64,000 nucleotides of DNA, taken from positions 145,554-209,553 of the forward strand of contig CAVPRN010000001.1 of the NCBI GenBank assembly GCA_963707935.1, in the 5' to 3' direction. The position numbers were made by a program, and so were the translations under genes. This DNA is from an uncultured Acidobacteriota bacterium. Its GTDB lineage: Bacteria; Acidobacteriota; Thermoanaerobaculia; UBA5066; Gp7-AA6. The notes under the pieces were generated by a model, which saw nothing but the letters and a program-made list of their open reading frames with translations, had not been told where the DNA came from and ran no database searches. Shown piece by piece: positions 57,338 to 64,000 of the stretch (positions are counted from its first letter, which is position 1; each line of letters begins with the position of its first letter).

Positions 57338-58477
57338 ATGCGAACCCCTTCCCTGTCGCGCCGCGGCTTCCTCGCCTCGTTCGGGGCCGCCGCGGGCACG
57401 GCGATCGTCGCCGAAGGCCTGCGGCCGGCCGTCGCGGAGGCGAGCCTCCCGCTCGGCGCGCCGGACGACCTCGTCCAGTTGAACTCGAACGAGAATCCGT
57501 ACGGGCTTTCGCGCAAGGTCCTGGAAGCGTTCAACCGCTCGGCCCGGGTCGGGTCGCGTTATCCCGACGGCTCCGAGGACGAGACGCGCAACGCGATTGC
57601 GGCCTCGCACGGCGTGCGGCCCGAGCAGATTGTGCTCGGATGCGGGTCGAGCGACATTCTGCGCATGGCGGACGCGGCGTACCTCTCCGGCGGCAAGGGC
57701 GTCGTCGCCGCCGAGCCGACCTTCGAGGCGGTGCTCCTCTACGCCGGGGTGATGCAGGCGGCCGCGACGAAAGTCCCGCTCACCGCCGACTTCCGCCACG
57801 ACCTGCCGAAGATGGCCGAGGCCTGCGGGCCGGCGACGGGCCTCGTGTACGTCTGCAACCCGAACAACCCGACCGGGACGTTCGCCGCCGGCGAGGAGAT
57901 GCGGACGTTTCTCGACGCCGTGCCGGCGACGACGACCGTCCTCGTGGACGAGGCGTACCACCACTTCGTCGAGGATCGCGCGTACGCCTCGGCGATCGGG
58001 CTCCTCGAGAGCCATCCCAATCTGATCGTGGCCCGGACCTTCTCGAAGATCTACGCCATGGCGGGCCTGCGCCTCGGCTACGCCGTGGCGTCGGAGCCGA
58101 CCGCCGCGGCGCTCTCGCGCCAGGCCGGATGGAACAACACCAACGCCGCGGGCCTGGCCGCGGCGCTCGCCGCGCTGCGCGACCCGGAGCTCGTTCCGTC
58201 GCAGCGGCGACTCTTCACACAGACGCGCACCTGGCTCTGCGACGCCCTGCGGCGCGAGGGCCGGCGCTACATCCCGTCGCAGACGAACTTCGTCATGATC
58301 CACGTCGGCTCGGACGTCGCCCCGATCATCCGCGCCTTCCGGGAGCGGAAGATCCTCGTCGGAAGGAAGTTCCCGTCGATGCCCGACTGGCTGCGCGTCT
58401 CGATCGGACGGCGCACCGAGATGGAGGCGTTTCTCGCGGCGCTGCGGGAGGTCGTTCCGGCCCGCGCGGCGGCGTGA
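57338..58477 (+). CDS. HisC-like class II PLP aminotransferase carrying a twin-arginine (Tat) signal
   Basis: MRTPSLSRRGFLASFGAAAGTAIVAEG is a Tat-type leader. The aminotransferase body includes NSNENPYG, YVCNPNNPTG and RTFSKIYAMAGLRLGY (PLP lysine). Confidence 0.8.
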   Translation: MRTPSLSRRGFLASFGAAAGTAIVAEGLRPAVAEASLPLGAPDDLVQLNSNENPYGLSRKVLEAFNRSARVGSRYPDGSEDETRNAIAASHGVRPEQIVLGCGSSDILRMADAAYLSGGKGVVAAEPTFEAVLLYAGVMQAAATKVPLTADFRHDLPKMAEACGPATGLVYVCNPNNPTGTFAAGEEMRTFLDAVPATTTVLVDEAYHHFVEDRAYASAIGLLESHPNLIVARTFSKIYAMAGLRLGYAVASEPTAAALSRQAGWNNTNAAGLAAALAALRDPELVPSQRRLFTQTRTWLCDALRREGRRYIPSQTNFVMIHVGSDVAPIIRAFRERKILVGRKFPSMPDWLRVSIGRRTEMEAFLAALREVVPARAAA

Positions 58478-58493
58478 GAGCAGGAGTCGGGAG

Positions 58494-58558
58494 CCAGGAT
58501 TCCGGATCCCGGGTCGAGAGGCACCGGTTCCCGTCCGGAATCCCGAATCCGGAATCTG
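58494..58558. repeat. GGATTC/GGAATC-octamer palindromic element (second copy)
   Basis: CAGGATTCCGGATCCCGG...CCGGAATCCCGAATCCGGAATCTG, directly after the aminotransferase stop. Related to 8483-8576. Confidence 0.45.
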
Positions 58559-58749
58559 CACTCCGAAGTCACCCGCACGCCGCGGCGAAACGCTCGACGA
58601 AGACGCCCTCCCATCCCTGGTCGTAGCCGTCGCGAGTCTCGCGAGCCGCTTCGTGGAGCCGCGCCCAGCCGCGGTGCTCGAGCTCGCCGCGTCAGCGTCC
58701 ACCGCGCGGTCATCTCCGAATCGTCTCCTTCCTCGAGGCCATTACGCAC

Positions 58750-59514
58750 CTACTGGTTGAGATGCGCATACGCATAGCGCAACGGATCCGCCGAGACCGT
58801 GAGCAAGCCGTCGAACGGCCCATCCATCTCCATGATCAGGAACACGGCACTCCCAACGGACAGTGCGCAAACGAAAAGGACCGCGAACACCGTTGCGTTT
58901 CGCGGGGCAAACAGCCCGAAGCTCGCGAAAGTGATCGTGAGCCAGAAGAGGAGGACCAGGAGAAACGGCAGGGGCACCGACGTCGCGCCGCCGGCATAGA
59001 CGAGCCACCGCGTCCGCAACAGCGCTTCGCCGAGGTCGAGTGCGCGGGACTGAAGCGAGCGCTGGGATTCGTCGCGCGGAGTGAGACCGCGAATCTCGTC
59101 CGCGAGTTTCTCGACTCCGGCGGCCGCTCCCGAACGGATCGGATCGACGGTGCGTCGGGATGATCCATGCGGCCAGATCACCTCGATCTGCCTCCCAACG
59201 GCGAGCTGCAAATTCATGCGAATCCCTTTGGACTCGGGCCCGTAGCGAACGAGCAGTCGGTCGAGTGCGAGTATGTCCATGGCCGTCTGCTTCACCGCTG
59301 TGTCCACTGCATCGAAGGAACTCTTGGCGGAGGCCGTGACGAGGCCGAGAACGAGCGCGGTCATTGTGGCGATCAGCCCGATGCCGACGTTGACGCTGTT
59401 TCTCGACTCGTCGTTGAGGTGATCCTGGGGCAAAGTCGTGCGCAACCAGCGCCCGATCAATACGCCCCCGAACGTGCAGACGAACACGATCGCGCCGACG
59501 ATCATGGGCTTCAT
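58750..59514 (-). CDS. DUF4239-like membrane protein
   Basis: 254 aa with N- and C-terminal TM helices around a helical middle. Family name from memory. Confidence 0.5.
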   Translation of the reverse strand: MKPMIVGAIVFVCTFGGVLIGRWLRTTLPQDHLNDESRNSVNVGIGLIATMTALVLGLVTASAKSSFDAVDTAVKQTAMDILALDRLLVRYGPESKGIRMNLQLAVGRQIEVIWPHGSSRRTVDPIRSGAAAGVEKLADEIRGLTPRDESQRSLQSRALDLGEALLRTRWLVYAGGATSVPLPFLLVLLFWLTITFASFGLFAPRNATVFAVLFVCALSVGSAVFLIMEMDGPFDGLLTVSADPLRYAYAHLNQ

Positions 59515-59559
59515 AGGGCCTCGTCCGACTCTCGCTCGCTTCGCAGGTTCCGGTTCCCG

Positions 59560-59918
59560 CTACGGCGCGCGATTGACTGGCGGCGGCGTCCAGGAGCCGT
59601 CGGGGATTGAGGGCGGGGCCTTCCGGGGCGCATAGATCCGCATGACCAGAACGAATTTCCCTTCGGCGACGGCAGCCAGTTGGCCTCCTTGTCCTTGCCC
59701 GGCGATTCCGCCGTCAGTGCCGAAGTTGCCGACAGCGGTCGTGAAGAACAGCCACCCGTTGCGAAGGTAACCAGGGGGTAGCCGTAGATGTAGGCATCCG
59801 TGGCGATGCCGACCGCCTCCTTGACGCGCAGGGATCGAGTCCGCTTCACATACAAGACTGCCGACAGCGCCAGCAGACCCAGGACCGCCGCGGCCACGAC
59901 TGCTGTTCGCGTTCTCAT
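59560..59918 (-). pseudogene. Remnant of a DUF1254/DUF1214-family secreted protein (large internal deletion plus frameshift)
   Basis: An N-terminal signal plus VGIATDAYIYGYPLVTF (the start of DUF1254) is joined after about 25 codons to ...SPGKDKEANWLPSP. After a 1-nt frameshift the sequence continues KFVLVMRIYAPRKAPPSIPDGSWTPPPVNRAP-stop (the end of DUF1214). About 350 codons are missing. Confidence 0.55.
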
Positions 59919-59946
59919 CGGTGCCGTCCGGCGAAGAGCCCGGTCG

Positions 59947-60280
59947 TCAACGCTTGCGGTTACCCGTGGCTCCCGGTTGATTCACGCCGGGATCTCTGCC
60001 CGTGTTCCCGACAGCCCCCGGCTGGTTGAGGCCGGGATCTCTACCCACGTTCCCGGCCGCCCCCGGCTGGTTGAAACCGGGGTCCCCCACCGCGCGGACC
60101 TGCCTCGCCGAGCCGCCGTAGCCGACAGGCGTCGCGGCAGGACGGTTGCCGGCGGCGCCGGGCTGGTTGAACCCGCGATCGCGCTGCGCCTCGGCGGCTG
60201 GGGGCGCCCAGAGGAGGCCCGCTGTCACGGCGACCGTCGCAATCCAGGCCGATGTTCTCGAGCCTCTGTTTCGCTCTCAT
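59947..60280 (-). pseudogene. Small secreted protein with tandem DPG-x-NQPGA-x-GN repeats; a frameshift sits between the signal peptide and the repeats
   Basis: ATG at 60280 with a GGAGG RBS gives MRAKQRLENI.. in one frame. The hydrophobic segment plus repeats (AWIATVAVTAGLLWAPPAAEAQRDRGFNQPGAAGN...) are in another frame. The length 334 nt is not a multiple of 3. Confidence 0.5.
59950..60090. repeat. Three tandem 45-bp (15-codon) repeats
   Basis: Units encode (R/G)DPG(F/L/V)NQPGA(A/V/T)GN(V/T/R)(G/K). A degenerate fourth copy lies near 60150-60197. Confidence 0.6.
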
Positions 60281-60306
60281 CCGTTTTCCTCCAACCCGTT
60301 CTTGTG

Positions 60307-61135
60307 TCATCGCGCCTCCGGGATCACGGAAGCCGATGGGCTCGACGCCGCAGGGCTTCCCGGCTCGCCACCGGAGAGCAACGCGCCCACGAACTGTTCG
60401 AAGGCGATTTGCTTGGTGGCCTCGCCCGGCCGGAAGAGTGAACGTGCCGTCGGCGATCTTTGGCGCGAGATCCCAGCTCTTGAAGTCGATGCGAGCCTTT
60501 GGCGCTCCCGGCACCTGCTTGTAGCCGAGCTCCACCCGCCAGGGCAGCGGCGGACCCGCCGAGGCGATCCAGACTCCCACGTCCACGAAGGCGTCGGCGT
60601 ACGTCATGTGCGCACACGCGACACCGTTGACCGTCTCGCGTCCCACGAACCCGCCTTTCGTGGTCCGGCCGATGAAGGCGTCGTAGGGCTTGCTGTAGAC
60701 CACGTCGGCGATGGGCACCGGGAGCGAGTACCGCCTGGCGACGTCATCCAGCATCCCGTCGAGCGTGCCGGGCACCGCCGTCTGTGTCCAGACCCCGTGT
60801 CGGTTGTCGCGAAGCGATACGGTCGAGCCGTCGTAGTAGGCGGACACGTCGGCCGGGGTGTCGCCCGAGCCATCCAGTTCGAAGACCATCGCGCTCGGCC
60901 GGCGAACCGTCACCGCGCGTGAAAAGCGCAGCAAGCGCCCTCCCGTGTTGGCGATCGGCTCGAGGCTCTCGGACGTCGTGAACCGGAACGCCGAGGCCCT
61001 GGCGAGCGTGTCGCTCATCTGGCGCATGAGGCGCTCGCCTTCGGCCGCCGCCGCCGGCGTACCCGGGCTGGGATCGCGCGAGCACGCCAGCGCACACAGC
61101 GCCAGCAGGGTCAGGGCCGATGCCGTCCCCCGCAT
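60307..61135 (-). pseudogene. DUF2092 (LolA-like) lipoprotein with a C-terminal frameshift
   Basis: ATG at 61135. Lipobox LALCALACS. Contains YYDGSTVSLRDNRHGVWTQTAVPGTLDGMLDDVARRYSLPVPIADVVY. Near 60425 the frame shifts, and the expected tail F(R)PGEATKQIAFEQF... ends at the TGA at 60309..60307. The length 829 nt is not a multiple of 3. Confidence 0.65.
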
Positions 61136-61158
61136 CGCCCGCCTCTCGCCGGACTCCT

Positions 61159-61595
61159 TCACTGTGACATCTGCGCGAGGATCTTGGCTTTCGCCGCGTT
61201 GTAGTCGCTTTCGGTGATCAGCCCCTGCTTGTAGAGCGACTGAAGCTCCTCGAGCTTCTGCTGCGGCGTCTTCTCGGCCTGCGCGGGCGCCTTGCTGGCA
61301 GCGGCCGCTGCCGCCGCGGCGGATGCTGCGGCAGCCTGCGACGCGGCCGCCGCGGACTGCGCCGCCGCGGTCTGCTGCGCCGCTGCTTGCTGCTGGGCCG
61401 CCGCCGACTGCTGAGCCGCAGCCGACTGCTGGGCGGTGGCCTCGCCCTTGGCCTCTGCCCGCCGATAGCCGCCACGACCGCCGTTCTGCGCCGGACGCCG
61501 AGAACGGCCGAGCTCGGAGCCGCGTACACGAGCACGACGAGAACGCCGAGAACGACCCTCACCAGGAAAGACTTTCGAAAGGGGTTTCGCATCAT
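61159..61595 (-). pseudogene. SHOCT-domain protein with signal/TM segment and Gln/Ala-rich linker; frameshifted
   Basis: ATGATG at 61595 (GGAGG RBS), MMRNPFRKSFLVRVVLGVLVVLVY. After a frame switch near 61500 the sequence reads ...AEAKGEATAQQSAAAQQ...QQKLEELQSLYKQGLITESDYNAAKAKILAQMSQ-stop (SHOCT motif). The length 437 nt is not a multiple of 3. Confidence 0.6.
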
Positions 61596-61618
61596 GACAA
61601 TCCTCCTTGTTGGCGGCC

Positions 61619-62221
61619 TCACGACTTCTTGCGCGTGTACTGGAGCTCCATGACCTTGGCCATCTTGCCGGCCGGGTCCCCCTCCCACAGCTCCGTGACG
61701 TGATCGCCGTTGGCCGCTATGCTGAGCCTCATCTCGAGGGTCTTGGGCTTGCCGGTGACTTCGTCGGCGATCGTTGCAGTCAATTTCGCGAGCTTGCCGT
61801 CCGCATCCATGCTTCCCGTGTACCACTCCATGCCCGTGCTGCCATCGTCCATGAAGGTCGCCACGTACTTCTTCGAAACGTTGTCGAACCCCGCATAGCC
61901 GATGCCGCTCCAGGGCTTGCCCGCAACGTGCCCCGCCAGCATCTGCTGCACATAGCGGTTGCCGAGGACCCAGGTGGCGACCGACGTCGCCGTCGATTCG
62001 AACGGGGGCTTGGAGGGATCGACCCAGGTCCGGACCTTCACGTCGAACGTGCCCACCAGGAAATCCAGCTTCTTCTGCGCCTCTCCCGGGGTCATCGCCT
62101 TTTCCATCGCGGCGGCGATCGCCGCATCATTCGGGGCTTTCGTCTTCTCCTGGCCGGCGGCGCTGACCGCAACACCCAAGACGACGACCATCGCCGCCGT
62201 GATTCGATAGAAACCTCTCAT
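61619..62221 (-). CDS. DUF1579-family secreted protein
   Basis: 200 aa with a signal peptide. KKLDFLVGTFDVKVRTW...LGNRYVQQ...GIGYAGFDNVSKKYVATFMDD pattern. Confidence 0.6.
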   Translation of the reverse strand: MRGFYRITAAMVVVLGVAVSAAGQEKTKAPNDAAIAAAMEKAMTPGEAQKKLDFLVGTFDVKVRTWVDPSKPPFESTATSVATWVLGNRYVQQMLAGHVAGKPWSGIGYAGFDNVSKKYVATFMDDGSTGMEWYTGSMDADGKLAKLTATIADEVTGKPKTLEMRLSIAANGDHVTELWEGDPAGKMAKVMELQYTRKKS

Positions 62222-62552
62222 CGCCTGACCTCCTTCGTCTGCAGAATCCTTTCTGCGCCGTCTCCCCGATTCCTCCCCTGGCCGAAACGGATGGATTCTC
62301 GAGAGAATCTTGTCACGCTATCGATTCGATCTTCCGCCCATCTGATTCGTTTGAATCGGTTTTCGGCTGGCGGCCGCGGGAACGAGACGCCGCAGACGGC
62401 GTCGACGTGAGACCTACGCCCCGCCGCCTCGCCGGAGGCTGGAGCTTCCCCTACGTCTCGCGCGAAGAGCGGAAATTCCTCCTCATGTATCGCAACATCG
62501 CGGTATCACGAGGTCGGGTGCGCTCCCGGGTCAATAAGCCGGGAGGCCCTCC

Positions 62553-63287
62553 TCAGCGCGGGTACCAGACGCGGCGGACGAGGTTGTCGCGGGTCTCGAA
62601 GACGGTCAGGGACTCGCCCGAGGCCGGTTCCGCGTCCATCGCTCCTCGGGACCGGTAGACGACCCAGGGCGAGAGCGACATGTGCTCGAGCACCTCGATC
62701 CGCAGCCGGGTCTCGCCTTCGAAGGCCTTCTCGAACCGGTCCCGTAGCGCGTCTTCGCCCGCCGCGAGACGCTCCCCGGAGGGCAGCTCCCAGAGGGAGG
62801 CGCCGTCCTCGAACGTCGCGATGAAGCGCGGCAGGTCCCGCTCGTTCCACTTCTCGACGAGGACGGACGCTCCGCCCTCGCCGCCGCCCTCCCCGTCGCC
62901 GTCCATCCTCCAGGCCCGGCGGATCTTCCCGTCGCGCACCTGGAAGAGAAAGAGCGTCTCCCGGGGCTTCTCGCCGCGCTCCATGAACGCGCGCTCGCGC
63001 GCGGCGACCCAGGGTCCCGCGGCGATCCGCTCCCCGACTTTGACCGACCAGTTCGGGAACTCCCGAAAGCGGCCGAGGAGAGATTCGACGACGGCGCCCG
63101 ATCCGGAAGCCAGAGGGCTCTCCTCGCCGAGCTTCCCGAGCGTCGCCTCGGAATGGAGGAGCGCCGCGGCCGCGGCGGCGTCCTTTTTTTCGAGGGCCTT
63201 GAAGAACCGCTCGACCGTCTCGCGGGGCGCCGGCTCTCCGCCCGCGAGCGCGAGGAGGGCGACCGCGGCCCCGACGAGTGCTTTCAC
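62553..63287 (-). CDS. Tandem NTF2/SnoaL-like domain protein
   Basis: GTG at 63287 overlaps the K9 stop (GTGA). Two repeats of the ETVERFFKALEKKD... / VLVEKWNERDLPRFIATFED... type, each about 110 aa. Domain call from general pattern only. Confidence 0.5.
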   Translation of the reverse strand: MKALVGAAVALLALAGGEPAPRETVERFFKALEKKDAAAAAALLHSEATLGKLGEESPLASGSGAVVESLLGRFREFPNWSVKVGERIAAGPWVAARERAFMERGEKPRETLFLFQVRDGKIRRAWRMDGDGEGGGEGGASVLVEKWNERDLPRFIATFEDGASLWELPSGERLAAGEDALRDRFEKAFEGETRLRIEVLEHMSLSPWVVYRSRGAMDAEPASGESLTVFETRDNLVRRVWYPR

Positions 63288-64000
63288 TTCTTCGGCTCCG
63301 GCTTCACCCTCGCCGTCCAGTGCACGTCCACCACGAAGGGATTGGGCGGCTCCTGGCTGACCGTCCTCACGACGAGGAAGCGCCCGTCGGGGGCGACGTC
63401 GTACGGCCGCGGATCGAAAGAGTTCAGGCCGGCGGGCTCCAGATCGAAGAGGGGCTGCGGCGGACCGAACGCGATTTCCGAATTGCCGCGAGAGACGGAG
63501 ACCGCCGTGAGCTTGCCGTCTCCGGCGAGGTAGTAGAGCTCCTTGCCGTCGCGGCTCCAGATGGGAGCGATGCCGCCTCGATCGGAGACCCGGCGTTTCG
63601 GGCCCGTCGGAAACGGCGCCACGAAGATGTCGGCCCGGCCCGGCTCGTCCGAGGAAAACGCGATCCATTTTCCGTCCGGCGAGAGGCGGGCGGATTTCTC
63701 GACGAAGCTCTTGGACTCGACGATCATCTTCGGGGTCCGGTCTCCGGCGAGCGGCACCGTCCAGATGTCTTCGTAGTTGCCTTCGGGCGATCCGCCGAAG
63801 ACGAGGCTGCCGCCGTCCGGCGTGACCTCGTTGATCGCCTTGTCCCAGTTCGTCCGCACGACGAGCTCTTCGGAGCCGCCGCCCGCGGGCCGGGAGTACA
63901 GATCGTAGAAGCCGTTCCGGTCCGTCACGTAGAAGATGCGCTGTCCGTCCGCAGACCAGACCGGGCTGAAGTCGTCGGACCGCTCCGACGAGAGGCGCGT
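63284..64000 (-). CDS. K9 (partial): C-terminal TolB/PD40 beta-propeller of a further paralog; the 5-prime end is outside the window
   Basis: ...SPVWSADGQRIFYVTDRNGFYDLY...LSPDGKWIAFSSDEPGRADIFVAPFP...WSRDGKELYYLAGDGKLTAVSV...YDVAPDGRFLVV. This is the same C-terminal architecture as K1-K8. Presence of a kinase domain cannot be seen in this window. Confidence 0.7.
   Translation of the reverse strand, partial: TRLSSERSDDFSPVWSADGQRIFYVTDRNGFYDLYSRPAGGGSEELVVRTNWDKAINEVTPDGGSLVFGGSPEGNYEDIWTVPLAGDRTPKMIVESKSFVEKSARLSPDGKWIAFSSDEPGRADIFVAPFPTGPKRRVSDRGGIAPIWSRDGKELYYLAGDGKLTAVSVSRGNSEIAFGPPQPLFDLEPAGLNSFDPRPYDVAPDGRFLVVRTVSQEPPNPFVVDVHWTARVKPEPKK

Noticed and set aside
58560-58705. Possible small minus-strand gene: MTARWTLTR... 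with an AAGGAG RBS, continuing after a frame change as GELEHRGWARLHEAARETRDGYDQGWEGVFVERFAAACG-stop
   Set aside because: It needs an assumed frameshift, is shorter than about 50 aa and matches no family I recognise. It could be a gene remnant but is not supportable as a feature.

Overview
Very GC-rich bacterial chromosomal fragment. The gene content (many Ser/Thr kinase / TolB-propeller fusions, DUF-rich secreted proteins) suggests Acidobacteriota or a similar soil lineage, but that is inference only. I saw no rRNA, tRNA, CRISPR array, transposase or integrase.

Layout:
- 1-8.3 kb: glycogen genes (GH57 and glgB), then a sulfur-carrier cysteine operon: cysM, a JAMM protease, and a CysO-like Ubl fused to a MoeZ-type E1 and a rhodanese.
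- 8.5-19.8 kb: housekeeping-type genes (pruA, two aminotransferases, trxB, an MFS transporter, an M14-type enzyme) that are recognisable but carry many frameshifts. An intact GT-C glycosyltransferase sits among them.
- 19.8-31 kb: mixed enzymes (M61-like peptidase, HOD/QDO-like alpha/beta-fold protein, TPR protein, DinB, BNR/sortilin-type protein, PepP, B12-radical SAM).
- 31-64 kb: the dominant feature. Nine paralogous genes on the minus strand encode an N-terminal Hanks-type Ser/Thr kinase, a TM helix and a TolB/PD40 beta-propeller (8 complete, 1 cut by the window edge).

Within the kinase array:
- Two kinase pairs abut with zero intergenic bases (TAG followed directly by ATG).
- Two different PIN-toxin TA cassettes (VapB-type and AbrB-type antitoxins) sit exactly at kinase-kinase junctions and are tightly coupled to the downstream kinase (7-nt gap; ATGA overlap).
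- Each cassette is preceded by a short decayed kinase 5-prime stub that overlaps the upstream kinase stop codon.
- An orphan RsbW-like anti-sigma kinase and a DinB gene are also embedded in the array.

The TA-kinase coupling inside the tandem receptor-kinase array is my best candidate for an undescribed system.

Intergenic regions carry several families of GC-rich palindromic (REP-like) elements. A second frameshift-dense patch lies at 59.5-61.6 kb.

Most very long ORFs in the six-frame track are GC-driven antisense or out-of-frame artefacts.
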